Assembly: GCA_945877035.1 (NCBI GenBank) | Contig: CAMCQH010000006.1 | Span: 1-63,943, forward strand | Length of the DNA: 63,943 nt | Direction: 5' to 3' | Origin: an uncultured Clostridium sp. | GTDB taxonomy: Bacteria; Bacillota; Clostridia; TANB77; CAG-508 | In this document: positions 41,446 through 52,149 of the stretch, in pieces | Position numbering within the stretch: the stretch's first letter is position 1 | Layout of the letters: every line of letters starts with the position of its first letter | Translations under genes and position numbers: made by a program | The notes under the pieces: model-generated | Seen by the model: the letters and a program-made list of their open reading frames with translations, nothing else | Database searches by the model: none | What the model was told of the DNA's origin: nothing

Positions 41446-42081
41446 ATGAATAGAAAATTTATTTCAAACAGCAACTATGTACTCAGAAAAATCCTAAATA
41501 ATGAGGCTTATTTAGAGATTCTGAAAGACTTTATAGAAGCAATTTTAGATATGACAATAAAAGACATTGAATTAAATTCGTACTTAGGAGAAAAGGCGCA
41601 ATACTTACCAAAAGAAGAAAATTTTGGAATTGCAGATGTAAGAATAAGGACAAATGAAAATGAAGAAATGAATATAGGAATACAATTTATAGATGGTATT
41701 TATGTACAAACAAAAATGTTAATGTATTATGCGCAAATACATTTAAACCAATTAGAATATGATGAAAAAAGAGAATTTGCAAAAACAATAACAATAAATT
41801 TATTAGATTTTAAATATTTTTCATCACAAGGATATGACAAAGTAATAAAAATAAAAACAAATGAAGGAAATATAAACTTAGAAGAATTGGAAATGTATGT
41901 AATAGAATTACCAAAATTTACAATTGAGGACCCGAATAATATGACAAAAAAAGAAGAATGGATCGCATATCTAAAAGGATGTGAAAATAAAGTATTAGAA
42001 AAAATAAAAAATAATAACAAAAATATAGCATTATTAGATGAACTAGCAGAAAAATACTGGCTTGAAGAAAAAATGGAATAA
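41446..42081 (+). CDS. PD-(D/E)XK nuclease family (Rpn-like) protein, degenerate motif
   Basis: ILKDFIEAIL, GIADVRI...MNIGIQ, ITINLLDF, YVIELPKF. Confidence 0.7.
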   Translation: MNRKFISNSNYVLRKILNNEAYLEILKDFIEAILDMTIKDIELNSYLGEKAQYLPKEENFGIADVRIRTNENEEMNIGIQFIDGIYVQTKMLMYYAQIHLNQLEYDEKREFAKTITINLLDFKYFSSQGYDKVIKIKTNEGNINLEELEMYVIELPKFTIEDPNNMTKKEEWIAYLKGCENKVLEKIKNNNKNIALLDELAEKYWLEEKME

Positions 42082-42139
42082 GAGGGAATAAAATCCCTCT
42101 TATGATATATAATATTAGTTATTTATAAAAACTAATATA

Positions 42140-44401
42140 TTATTTTTTAAAAGTAACCTTTACAACAGTACCAGCATCAACATTAGAGCCTTTTGGAGGA
42201 TCTTGAGATACTACTGTACCAGAGCCTTCTATTTCAATATTTAAATTAGCATTTTTCAACTCTGTTGTCGCCTGATATTTACTCTTACCCGTAAGGTCAG
42301 GAACAGTAGTAGAAGTTCTTGTATCTTGGTCATACAACATTATTATAGATCCTGAAGATAAAGCTACACCAGGCTTTGGAACTTGGTCTACAACAAGATT
42401 GCTATTTTTATCATTAGAAGTAGAAATTTTAGTTGTAAATCCTTTTTCTTGAAGAATCTTTTCAGCCTCTGTAATTGTTTTATTTCTTATTTCAGGAACA
42501 GTAATTAAATCCTCATCTTCTGTTGAATCAGCATCTGAAGGAATACCTAAAAGAGGTAAAATTTCAGATAACATTTGAGAAACAACAGGACCAGCTAATG
42601 TACCACCTTGATGATTATTCTTTGGAGGCTTATACAAATTAAGTAATAATACAACTTGTGTATTTTCAACAGGAGAAATAGCAACATATGTAGCAACATA
42701 TCCATCTATATCTTCTCTACCAGGCATTGGCTCAGAAGTACCTGTTTTTCCGCCCACAGTATAACCAGTTACACCACCTCTCCAACCAGTACCATCTTCT
42801 ACAACAGATTGCATCATATCTTTTACTTTTGAGGCAGTATCTGAAGAAATAACTTGTCTAACTTCTTCAGTATCAATTTCTGTTACAGCACCTGTATCTG
42901 TATTAGTAACAGATTTTACAATTCTAGGCTTCATTAAAACACCATCATTTGCAATTGCAGATATAGCAGTAATCATTTGTAAAGGAGTAATACTAAACCT
43001 TTGACCGAAAGACATTGTAGCTCTTTCAACAGAGCCTACATTATTTTCATCCCAAAATGATGACTCTGCTTCCCCAAGTAAATCAACACCAGTTTTATCA
43101 AAAAATCCAAAAGCTTTATAATATTTGTATAAAGTTGATGTACCAATTCTGCTTCCTAGTTGTATAAAAGCAGGGTTACAAGAATTCTCTAAAGCATGTC
43201 TTAAATCTTGAGAAGCATGAGAACCATCAGTTTTCCAACAGTTTATTCTTCGACCATCAACAATTTCATAACCAGGACATTTAAAATCTCCTGCTACATC
43301 AGTACCAGTAATATTTTCTTCCAAAGCAGCAGAAGCAGTAATTAACTTAAATACAGAACCAGGTTCATACAATTCTTGAACAGACTTATTAGACCACATT
43401 TTATAAATTGCATCTACTTTTCCTTGAGAATCCAAAGAATCATAAGTTTTAGCAACATACTCATTAGGTGTAAATGGATTATTTAAATCATAATTAGGAT
43501 ATGTAGCCATTGCTAATATATCACCAGTTTTTGGATCCATTACGATACAATTTCCACCATTTTCAACATTATTATCATCTACAGCTTGTTTTAAATATTT
43601 TTCAACAATCTTTTGAATATTTAAATCAATTGTAAGAGTTAAGTCACTACCATTTTCAGCAGGAATATAAGTTTCTTCTGCATTTGGAATTTCTTTTTGA
43701 CTGCCACTCTTTGCACTTACAATTTTGCCAGGAGTACCAGATAATATAGAATCCCATTTACATTCAATACCAGATAAACCTTGATTATCACTACCACAAG
43801 AACCTATTACCTGAGATAATACAGTATTATGAGGGTAGTATCTTTTTGTATCTTCATCTATATTTATACCAACATAAACATCATTATCCTTCATCCAAGT
43901 TTTTAATTTATCAACTTTATCTTTTTCAACTTTTTTAGCAATTGTTTCTACTTGAGAATCACTATTAACCTTAGCCAAAGCTTCTTCATAATCTAATTCA
44001 AATATCTCAGAAAAAGCTTTAGCGAATTTTTCTTTTAACTCTTTAGTCTTTTCAGAATCTTTGCTTGAATCCTTAATTTTAGCAGGGTTAATAGTTATTG
44101 TATCAACAGCAGCACTTGTGGCAAGAACTCTTCCTTTGGAATCATATATATCGCCTCTTTTTGGACTAATAATTTGATTTATTGACTGTTGATTATACGC
44201 AAGTTCCTTTAAATAACTACCTTCTACAAATTGAAGAAATCCAAGTCTTCCTAATAATAAAACAAAAATTAACACTACAATTATAAAGATCAACTTTAAT
44301 TTCTTAATAGATATACCGGTTTGAGATTTTAAATTTATAATTTTTGTATTCTCTTTATTAGTTACTTTTTTATTTTTTTTACTACTCAATATTTTCACCA
44401 C
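42140..44401 (-). CDS. Class B penicillin-binding protein with two PASTA domains (SpoVD/FtsI-like)
   Basis: KRGDIYD, KRYYP, EPGSVFK, SCN, GKTGT, two C-terminal PASTA repeats. Confidence 0.9.
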   Translation of the reverse strand: MVKILSSKKNKKVTNKENTKIINLKSQTGISIKKLKLIFIIVVLIFVLLLGRLGFLQFVEGSYLKELAYNQQSINQIISPKRGDIYDSKGRVLATSAAVDTITINPAKIKDSSKDSEKTKELKEKFAKAFSEIFELDYEEALAKVNSDSQVETIAKKVEKDKVDKLKTWMKDNDVYVGINIDEDTKRYYPHNTVLSQVIGSCGSDNQGLSGIECKWDSILSGTPGKIVSAKSGSQKEIPNAEETYIPAENGSDLTLTIDLNIQKIVEKYLKQAVDDNNVENGGNCIVMDPKTGDILAMATYPNYDLNNPFTPNEYVAKTYDSLDSQGKVDAIYKMWSNKSVQELYEPGSVFKLITASAALEENITGTDVAGDFKCPGYEIVDGRRINCWKTDGSHASQDLRHALENSCNPAFIQLGSRIGTSTLYKYYKAFGFFDKTGVDLLGEAESSFWDENNVGSVERATMSFGQRFSITPLQMITAISAIANDGVLMKPRIVKSVTNTDTGAVTEIDTEEVRQVISSDTASKVKDMMQSVVEDGTGWRGGVTGYTVGGKTGTSEPMPGREDIDGYVATYVAISPVENTQVVLLLNLYKPPKNNHQGGTLAGPVVSQMLSEILPLLGIPSDADSTEDEDLITVPEIRNKTITEAEKILQEKGFTTKISTSNDKNSNLVVDQVPKPGVALSSGSIIMLYDQDTRTSTTVPDLTGKSKYQATTELKNANLNIEIEGSGTVVSQDPPKGSNVDAGTVVKVTFKK

Positions 44402-44473
44402 TCTTTTGTTTAAACAATTTTTACATTAACATTTTATATTAAAGTATCTTAAAAATCAATAAATTTATAAAAA

Positions 44474-44674
44474 ATTGTTACTATTCACAGCTAAACAAAA
44501 CTTAAAGTCCGCGCAGGGTAATAGTTATTAATTAAACGAAGTCCTCGTGGGGACCAATAGATACTGTTAAATGCGTTAGCATTGTTACAGTATCAGTGGG
44601 AAGGACTGAGTATAATTAATAACTATTACCCGTTGCAGGACAATACAAATTTTAATAGCTGTAAATAGTAACAA
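44474..44674. repeat. ~200-bp nested inverted repeat (MITE-like or structured RNA)
   Basis: ttgttactatt/aatagtaacaa, perfect gggtaatagttattaatta/taattaataactattaccc, gatactgt/acagtatc, aatgc-gtta-gcatt. Confidence 0.7.
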
Positions 44675-44699
44675 AATACTAATTTATAGGGAGGAAATT

Positions 44700-46238
44700 A
44701 TGATATCAAATATTAAAACAATTTCTTTAAATGGAATAGATGGAAACTTAGTGGAGGTTCAAACTGATATTGCAGGAGGATTACCGAATATTGAAATTGT
44801 CGGACTTCCAGACATAAGTGTTAAAGAATCAAAAGAAAGAATAAAAACAGCAATTAAAAATTCAGAAATAGAATTTCCAAGCAGAAAAATTGTAATAAAT
44901 TTAGCACCTGCAAGTACTAGAAAAGAAGGAACAAGCTATGATTTACCAATAGCAGTAGGGATTTTACAAGCACTAGGAGAAATAATAGAAGATGATTTAG
45001 AAAACACAATATTTATAGGAGAACTATCATTAGATGGAAAAATAAACAGAATAAATGGTGTTTTACCTATGTGTATTGAAGCAATGAATTTAGGAATAAA
45101 AAGAGTAATTTTACCAAAATCAAATGAAAGAGAAGCATCTGTTATAAAAAATTTAGAAATAATAGGAGTTAAAAATTTAAGAGAAGTAGTTGATTATTTA
45201 AATAAAAATATTGAAATAAATCCAACTAAAATAGACATTTTAAAAGAATTCAATAAAAAAGATAAACACGATTTAGATTTTAGCGAAGTAAAAGGACAAG
45301 AAAATGTAAAAAGAGCATTAGAAATTGCAGCAGCAGGAGGACACAACTGCCTTTTAATTGGTCCACCAGGCTCTGGAAAAACAATGATTGCAAGAAGAAT
45401 TCCAACAATATTACCAGATTTAACATTTGAAGAAGCTTTGGAAGTAACAAAAATACATAGTATATCAGGAATGTTAGATAATGATATAGGAATAGTAACA
45501 AAAAGACCATTTAGAAGTCCACATCACACTATATCACCAACCTCTATGATAGGAGGAGGAAAAATCCCAAAACCAGGTGAAATAAGTTTATCACATAATG
45601 GAGTATTATTTTTAGATGAGTTACCTGAATTTAATAGAAACACATTAGAAGTTTTAAGAGGTCCATTAGAAGATAGAAATGTAACAATATCAAGACTGTA
45701 TTCAAAAGTAATATATCCATCAAACTTTATGCTAATTGCAAGTATGAACCCATGCCCATGTGGATATTATGGAAGCACAGAAAAAGAATGTCAATGTTCA
45801 AAAATGGCAATAGAAAAATATTTAAATAGAATTAGTGGACCATTATTAGATAGAATTGATTTACATGTTGAAGTAAAACCAGTAAAATATCAAAAATTAG
45901 ACTCGGCTAATAAAGTTGAGAGTTCAAACGAAATAAAAGAAAGAGTAAATAAAGCTAGAATAATACAATTTTTGAGATATAAAGATGCAAATATATTTTC
46001 AAATTCTGAATTGACACCAAAAATGATAGAAAAATATTGCGTGTTAAATCAGGAATGCAAACAAATATTAGAATTAGCATTTAATAAATTAGGATTAAGT
46101 GCAAGAGCATATTCAAGAATTTTAAAAGTTGCTAGAACAATAGCAGATTTAGATGAAAAACAAAATATAGAAAAACAGCATTTGCTAGAAGCAATTCAAT
46201 ATAGAAGTTTAGATAGAAAATATGGTGATAAATTTTGA
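44700..46238 (+). CDS. comM: YifB/ComM Mg-chelatase-like AAA ATPase
   Basis: IVGLPD, INLAPA, GPPGSGKT, RPFRSPHHT, FLDELPEF, MNPCPCG. Confidence 0.93.
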   Translation: MISNIKTISLNGIDGNLVEVQTDIAGGLPNIEIVGLPDISVKESKERIKTAIKNSEIEFPSRKIVINLAPASTRKEGTSYDLPIAVGILQALGEIIEDDLENTIFIGELSLDGKINRINGVLPMCIEAMNLGIKRVILPKSNEREASVIKNLEIIGVKNLREVVDYLNKNIEINPTKIDILKEFNKKDKHDLDFSEVKGQENVKRALEIAAAGGHNCLLIGPPGSGKTMIARRIPTILPDLTFEEALEVTKIHSISGMLDNDIGIVTKRPFRSPHHTISPTSMIGGGKIPKPGEISLSHNGVLFLDELPEFNRNTLEVLRGPLEDRNVTISRLYSKVIYPSNFMLIASMNPCPCGYYGSTEKECQCSKMAIEKYLNRISGPLLDRIDLHVEVKPVKYQKLDSANKVESSNEIKERVNKARIIQFLRYKDANIFSNSELTPKMIEKYCVLNQECKQILELAFNKLGLSARAYSRILKVARTIADLDEKQNIEKQHLLEAIQYRSLDRKYGDKF

Positions 46239-47110
46239 TAAAAATAACAGTAGAAGATAATAATTATCCAGAACAATTAAGAAAAATAGAAAATCCACCA
46301 AAACAGTTGTATTTAGAAGGAAATACAAAATTATTAGATACACCGGGAATAGCGATAATTGGATCAAGAACATGTACAAAATATGGAGAAAAATTTGCAA
46401 AAAAATTTGCTAAAAAATTAAGTATATATGGACTAACAATAATAAGTGGAATGGCAATAGGCATAGACAGTTTTGCACATATTGGATGTATAGAAGGTAC
46501 AGGAAAAACAATAGCAGTATTACCAAGTGGATTAAATAAAATTTATCCACAAGAAAATGAAAAATTGTTGAAAACCATACTAGAAAATGGCGGATTAATA
46601 ATAACAGAATATGAAGAAAATGAAGAAGCAAATTCAAAAAAATTTTTAGAAAGAAATAGAATTGTAAGTGGATTAGCAATAGGAACTCTAGTAGTGGAAG
46701 GAGGATATAGAAGTGGTACAAGTGTAACAGCAAATTTAGCTAAATCACAAGGAAAAAAAGTATTTTGCATACCATCAAGTTTAGAAAATAAAAAAGGAAT
46801 AACACCAAATAAATTAATCAAAGAAGGAGCGTTTTTAGTAACAGAAGTTGAAGATATTATAAACCAATATCCAGAGATAAATTTTAAAAGGCAAGGATTC
46901 GAACAAATAGAGAAAAAAGATGAGTCTGTGGAAAATGAATATAAAGAAGTTTATAATGCTCTAAAATATGAAAAGGAGCTTCATATAAATGAAATAGCTA
47001 AAATAGTAAATTTAAGTATAAATGAAGTAAGCTATAAATTAATGATGCTTGAATTACAAGATAAGATTGTATCACTTCCAGGAAATAATTATAGAAAGGT
47101 TGAAAAATAA
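46235..47110 (+). CDS. dprA: DNA-processing protein DprA
   Basis: YPEQLRKIENPP, IAIIGSR, IISGMAIGID, FLERNRIVSGL. Confidence 0.93.
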   Translation: MIKITVEDNNYPEQLRKIENPPKQLYLEGNTKLLDTPGIAIIGSRTCTKYGEKFAKKFAKKLSIYGLTIISGMAIGIDSFAHIGCIEGTGKTIAVLPSGLNKIYPQENEKLLKTILENGGLIITEYEENEEANSKKFLERNRIVSGLAIGTLVVEGGYRSGTSVTANLAKSQGKKVFCIPSSLENKKGITPNKLIKEGAFLVTEVEDIINQYPEINFKRQGFEQIEKKDESVENEYKEVYNALKYEKELHINEIAKIVNLSINEVSYKLMMLELQDKIVSLPGNNYRKVEK

Positions 47111-47260
47111 TTACAATTTTCGCTGCATCAAATTTCATTTAAAACGCGGTTACATACAATGCGTATGCACCCTTGCCTTTTAAATAAAATTTTCCTTGCC
47201 AAAATTTAATTCTTTTTCAACTGGATTTGTGCATTAAAGAAGGAATGAAATTAGAAATGA
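47096..47260. repeat. Short inverted-repeat element, long copy (short copy at 59789-59858)
   Basis: aaggttgaaaaataattacaatttt ... caac.ggatttgtgc....aggaatgaaatta.aaatga shared by both copies. Confidence 0.8.
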
Positions 47261-47622
47261 AAACAAATATGCATATAAAAAAGGAATTAGGAAATATTGG
47301 AGAACAAATAGCGGTAGAATATTTAGAAAAAAATAACTATCAAATTTTAAAAAGAAATTTCTATTGTAAACAGGGAGAAATAGATATAATTGCAAAAGAA
47401 AGCCAAGAAATTGTTTTTATTGAAGTAAAAACAAGAAGTAGTATAGATTTTGGACAACCATCAGAAGCAGTAAATAAGATAAAACAAAAACATATGTATA
47501 GAACAGCACAATATTTTTTGTATAAATCAAATTGCATAAATAATTTTATTAGATTTGATGTTATTGAAGTTTTAATTGAAAATGGGAAATTTAATGTAAA
47601 TCATATAAAGCAGATAATATAA
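47245..47622 (+). CDS. YraN family protein
   Basis: LGNIGEQIAVEYL, GEIDII, VFIEVKTR, RFDVIEV. Confidence 0.9.
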   Translation: MKLEMKTNMHIKKELGNIGEQIAVEYLEKNNYQILKRNFYCKQGEIDIIAKESQEIVFIEVKTRSSIDFGQPSEAVNKIKQKHMYRTAQYFLYKSNCINNFIRFDVIEVLIENGKFNVNHIKQII

Positions 47623-47765
47623 ATGCTGTGTAAAATTTTAAACCCACCGAATTCGATGGATTTAAAAAAGAGGCAGGATATATACATATATTAAAACAAA
47701 CTATACTTGAACATCAAAGAAAAAATTGCTATAATAAAAATATAAAAAACTAGAAGGAGCTAGAG

Positions 47766-48632
47766 ATGGAAAGTATTTTAGAAGAAACAAGATTCATAAT
47801 GAAAAAATACAACATAAAAGCAAATAAAAATCTAGGGCAAAACTTTTTAATAAGTCAAGAAGTAGTAGAAAAAATAGTAGACTGTAGCGAAATAACAAAA
47901 GAAGATTTAGTAATAGAAATAGGCCCAGGATTAGGAACGCTAACAAAATATCTATTAGAAAAAGCAGGAAAAGTAATATGCATAGAACTAGACACAAAAA
48001 TGCTACAAATATTAGAAGATAGATTTTCATTATATAACAATTTTGAAATCATAAATGATGATGTGCTAAAAGTGGACTTAAAAAATATAATAAAAAAAGA
48101 AAAAGAAAATTCAAGAATAAAGAATGTAAAAATAGTAGCAAATTTGCCATATTATATAACCACTCCAATAATAATGAAATTACTTGAAGAAGAGTTAGAA
48201 CTAGAAAGTATTACAGTAATGATACAAAAAGAAGTAGCAGACAGACTAATTGCAGTACCAGGACAAAAAAATACAGGAGCAATAACATATTCTGTATATT
48301 ATTATGCAACATCAGAAGGAATATTAGAAGTACCAAACAATTCATTTATACCAGAACCAGAAGTAACATCAAAAGTTATAAAATTAAATATAAGAAAAAA
48401 TCCAGCAGTAAATCCAAAAGACAAAGAAAAAATGTTCAAAATAATAAAATGTGCATTTATGCAAAAAAGAAAAACACTCTTAAACTCATTAACAAACACT
48501 AAAATATTTGATAATAAGCAACAAGGAATAGAAATTTTAAACTCTTTAGAAATAAATGAAAATATAAGACCAGAAGAACTAACACTAGAACAATTTGCAG
48601 AAATTTCAGATAATTTATATAAAAACATTTAA
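47766..48632 (+). CDS. rsmA: 16S rRNA adenine dimethyltransferase
   Basis: KNLGQNFLI, EIGPGLGTLT, VANLPYYITTPI, MIQKEVADR. Confidence 0.95.
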   Translation: MESILEETRFIMKKYNIKANKNLGQNFLISQEVVEKIVDCSEITKEDLVIEIGPGLGTLTKYLLEKAGKVICIELDTKMLQILEDRFSLYNNFEIINDDVLKVDLKNIIKKEKENSRIKNVKIVANLPYYITTPIIMKLLEEELELESITVMIQKEVADRLIAVPGQKNTGAITYSVYYYATSEGILEVPNNSFIPEPEVTSKVIKLNIRKNPAVNPKDKEKMFKIIKCAFMQKRKTLLNSLTNTKIFDNKQQGIEILNSLEINENIRPEELTLEQFAEISDNLYKNI

Positions 48633-48686
48633 AAAGCCTGAAAAATATGTTATAATAAAAAAGAATATATTGATAAGGAGGTTAGA

Positions 48687-49460
48687 ATGAATCAAATTTT
48701 AGTTACTGAAAAATTGTATATAACACCAGAATTAAAAAGAAAAAAGAAGATATATAAATTTAATTTTATTATATCTATATTTTTAGTTTTTGTTCTAACA
48801 TCTATCTATATATATGCCGAATATGATAGAAACAAAAGTGAAGCAACATCTAAACAAATATTAGAAGAAATGAACCAAACATTAGCTTCAACAGCTGAAG
48901 ACACTACAATAGCACAAGATGATATCCTTTTAGTAGTATTAGATGGAACAGAAGAAAACTATAATCAAGCAGAAGAGGAAGAAAGCCAAGCATTAAGTGT
49001 TGCAAACATGAATGCACAAGCAGAAAAATATATATCATCAAGTGGATACACATATAAAATCATTGCAAAAATTGAAATTCCTAAAATAAATGTTACATAT
49101 TCAATATTACAAGGTGAAACAGGAAGTACGGAAGAAACAGAAGAATTATTAAAAATATCACCACTTAAATTCCATGGATGTGACCCAAATGAAGTAGGAA
49201 ATTTCTGTGTTGTAGGACATAATTATAGAAATTCTAAATTCTTTAGTAAAGTACCTAAATTAGTGGTTGGAGATAAAGTTAATTTAACAGACTTAACAAA
49301 TAGAACGATTACATATGAAATATATGACATGCATACAGTTGACCCAAGTGACACAAGTGATACGACGCAATTAACAGGTGGGAAAAAAGAACTTACACTA
49401 ATAACTTGTACAGATGATGGAAAGCAAAGGGTAATTGTAAGATGTAGAGAAGTAAAATAA
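48687..49460 (+). CDS. Sortase
   Basis: N-terminal TM; IEIPKI, GNFCVVGHN, LTLITC...R. Confidence 0.9.
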   Translation: MNQILVTEKLYITPELKRKKKIYKFNFIISIFLVFVLTSIYIYAEYDRNKSEATSKQILEEMNQTLASTAEDTTIAQDDILLVVLDGTEENYNQAEEEESQALSVANMNAQAEKYISSSGYTYKIIAKIEIPKINVTYSILQGETGSTEETEELLKISPLKFHGCDPNEVGNFCVVGHNYRNSKFFSKVPKLVVGDKVNLTDLTNRTITYEIYDMHTVDPSDTSDTTQLTGGKKELTLITCTDDGKQRVIVRCREVK

Positions 49461-49540
49461 AAATTTAAATGAAAACAAATAATAACCAAAAAACAAACTT
49501 CTTCATACAATATATAAAAAAGTATGAGGAGGTTTTTATT

Positions 49541-50222
49541 TTGGCTAAAATACTAGTATTTAACAATGATACAGATAGAATGGAAACATATTACAGAGGC
49601 GAAGCAGAGCCAATGCCATATAATACAAATGGAACATTAAAAGTAAGAGAATTCAGAGGCTCAAGTAAAAGTAACATATTATGGACAACAAAAAGAACAA
49701 TGCAAAGCTGGAATAGCCAAAGATACATTTATGGAGCACCAATACCAGTAGGATTTGCATTTAAAAGACCATATGAAGGAGGGCATTCAAACCAAAGTCA
49801 ACATTATGCAGGAACAGCATTTGATGTTGGTCAAACATTAAGTAATAGTCAAAGACTGAGATTATATAATAGTGCTGTAAATTCAGGAGTATGGTATTAT
49901 GTTTCACCAATATCACAAACACCTACATGGGTTCATTTCGATAAAAGATTCCGGAAAACCAGCATGCTCAACAGGAGGATTTCCAACTTTAAGAAGGGGA
50001 AGCTTAAGCAATTATGTATTAATTGCACAAGATGATTTAAATACATTAGGATTTAGAACAGGTGGATTAGATGGAATATTTGGAACAGCCACTCAAAATG
50101 CAGTAATATCATACCAGAGGTCAAGAGGATTAGCAGCAGATGGAATTGTTGGATGCAATACATGGCGTTCATTACAAGAAAATGTTGTTGGAACAGGACC
50201 GACAAGCACAACCATAAATTAG
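49541..50222 (+). CDS. M15-like peptidase plus peptidoglycan-binding domain, +1 frameshift at CGG 49952
   Basis: GAGGAGG RBS with TTG; SQHYAGTAFD...WVHFDKRF, then TTC-C-GGA-AAA-CCA; continues GKPAC...TLRRGS...DGIFG...DGIVG. Confidence 0.82.
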
Positions 50223-50330
50223 AATAAAAATAACAAAAACAGTTGCAAAATTAAAGAGAAAAATTAAAAAATAAATACAATCAATAAAATAATAAAACTC
50301 TGGATATATAAAGTCCAGAGTTTTTTATAA

Positions 50331-50669
50331 TTATTCTTCTTCCATATCTGTTTCAGCAATAGCTTTTGCTACATTATATATTAATTTTTGTTTCTCAGGA
50401 GAAACGCTTTTAATTAAATCTGTAAATTCTTTATCTAAGTAATTTTCAGAACTACTAGAAGCACCATTTAATAAATAACCTTCTGAAACATCAAGTAAAC
50501 CACATAATTGGTTTAATCTTTTTAAATTAATATGAGAATTACCTCTCTCAACTCTACTCAAGAAAGCAACAGAAATATCAATTTTATCTGCTAAATCTTC
50601 TTGAGTCATATTTTTTGCAAGTCTTGCTTGTTTTATTCTAGAACCTATAACGCTATAATCAATAGCCAT
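50331..50669 (-). CDS. XRE family HTH regulator
   Basis: IGSRIKQARLAKNMTQEDLADKIDISVAFLSRVERG; AACTTATAAGTT palindrome twice upstream. Confidence 0.9.
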   Translation of the reverse strand: MAIDYSVIGSRIKQARLAKNMTQEDLADKIDISVAFLSRVERGNSHINLKRLNQLCGLLDVSEGYLLNGASSSSENYLDKEFTDLIKSVSPEKQKLIYNVAKAIAETDMEEE

Positions 50670-51067
50670 TTTTTATCACCTTCCTTATCTTATATGTAAT
50701 AATATACCATTTAACTTATAAGTTTTGAAGAAACTAAAAACTAGAAATAAACTTATAAGTTGATTAAAATGTTATTCATAACAAAACTGTAAAATATTTT
50801 AGAGATATTGAAAATTGCATATAATAAGCAATATTTGAAATAAAAGTGTTAGATATGAAAATAAAAATACAATAAACATAATGAAAAATAAAGAAAAAAA
50901 TAGAAAAAAAGAGTAAAAAAGAGAAAAAATAATATAAATTCAAAAAAATTAACATTTAAAACTAGAAAAATCAGGAAAATAGTTTAAATAATGCATACAT
51001 AATTTGAAAATGTGCAAAATATATAGTATAATAAAGATTAGTCGCGCTTAAAAAATAAAAAAGGAGA

Positions 51068-52033
51068 GTGGATTTTATTAGTAAAAGAAAACTAAAATAC
51101 TATACAAAAGAAGCAATAAAATTTTTTAACATAACTTTGTTAGCTTTTGGTTTTATAATCGCGATAGTATTAATAAAATATAAACCAATGTATGAAGTAA
51201 AACTTTCTGGAGAAGAAATTGGATATATAGAAGATAAAAAAGCATTAAGTGAACTAATTACAAATAATGTAGAAAATTATCAAAGCAAAAATATAGAAAA
51301 AGTTGAATTATCAGCAACTCCAGAATATGAGTTAAAACTAGTAGAAAAAACAAAAGAAAGTGATGAAAGTGACATTATAATTGCATTACAAAAAGAATTA
51401 GATATAACATATAAATATTATGAAATAGCTTCAAATGATGAAGTTATAGAAAAAGTTGATACTTTAGAAACAGCTGAACAAATAGTAACTGATATAAAAG
51501 AAATATCAGATGAAGAACAAATACTTACTATAAATGAAAAAACAACAAAGAATATAGAAGAAATAAGCACAGATACTTTTGAAGTAGCAAAAGAAAATAT
51601 AATAGAAAAGCTAGATATTGACACAACAGAAGCAATATCAAATATAAATGGAATAAAAATTGCAACATTACCTGTATCAGGAGCAATTTCTTCAAGATAT
51701 GGATCAGCTAGTAGTATAAGGTCATCAAGACATACAGGATTAGACATAGCAGCATCAATTGGTACACCAATAAAAGTTGTAGCAGATGGAACAGTAACAT
51801 ATGCAGCATACAGTGGTTCATACGGATATCTAGTAAAAGTAGACCATGGAAATGGTGTAGAAACTTGGTATGCACATACAAGTAAAATGTATGTAAAAGC
51901 TAGTCAAGAAGTAAAAGCAGGAGATGTAATTGCAGCTGTTGGTAATACAGGAAATTCAACAGGACCTCATTTACATTTAGAGGTTAGAATAAACGGACAA
52001 CATATAAATCCACAAAAATATTTATATAATTAA
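51068..52033 (+). CDS. M23 family metallopeptidase
   Basis: HTGLD, YAH, GNTGNSTGPHLHLE. Confidence 0.9.
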   Translation: MDFISKRKLKYYTKEAIKFFNITLLAFGFIIAIVLIKYKPMYEVKLSGEEIGYIEDKKALSELITNNVENYQSKNIEKVELSATPEYELKLVEKTKESDESDIIIALQKELDITYKYYEIASNDEVIEKVDTLETAEQIVTDIKEISDEEQILTINEKTTKNIEEISTDTFEVAKENIIEKLDIDTTEAISNINGIKIATLPVSGAISSRYGSASSIRSSRHTGLDIAASIGTPIKVVADGTVTYAAYSGSYGYLVKVDHGNGVETWYAHTSKMYVKASQEVKAGDVIAAVGNTGNSTGPHLHLEVRINGQHINPQKYLYN

Positions 52034-52149
52034 AAATAAGCCATTCTTTTCTAAAGTAGAATGGTTTATTTTAATGCTTAAAAATATTGACAAATTTTTC
52101 TAATAATATATAATAAATAGGACAAAATAAATACCAAGGAGGAAGAAAA

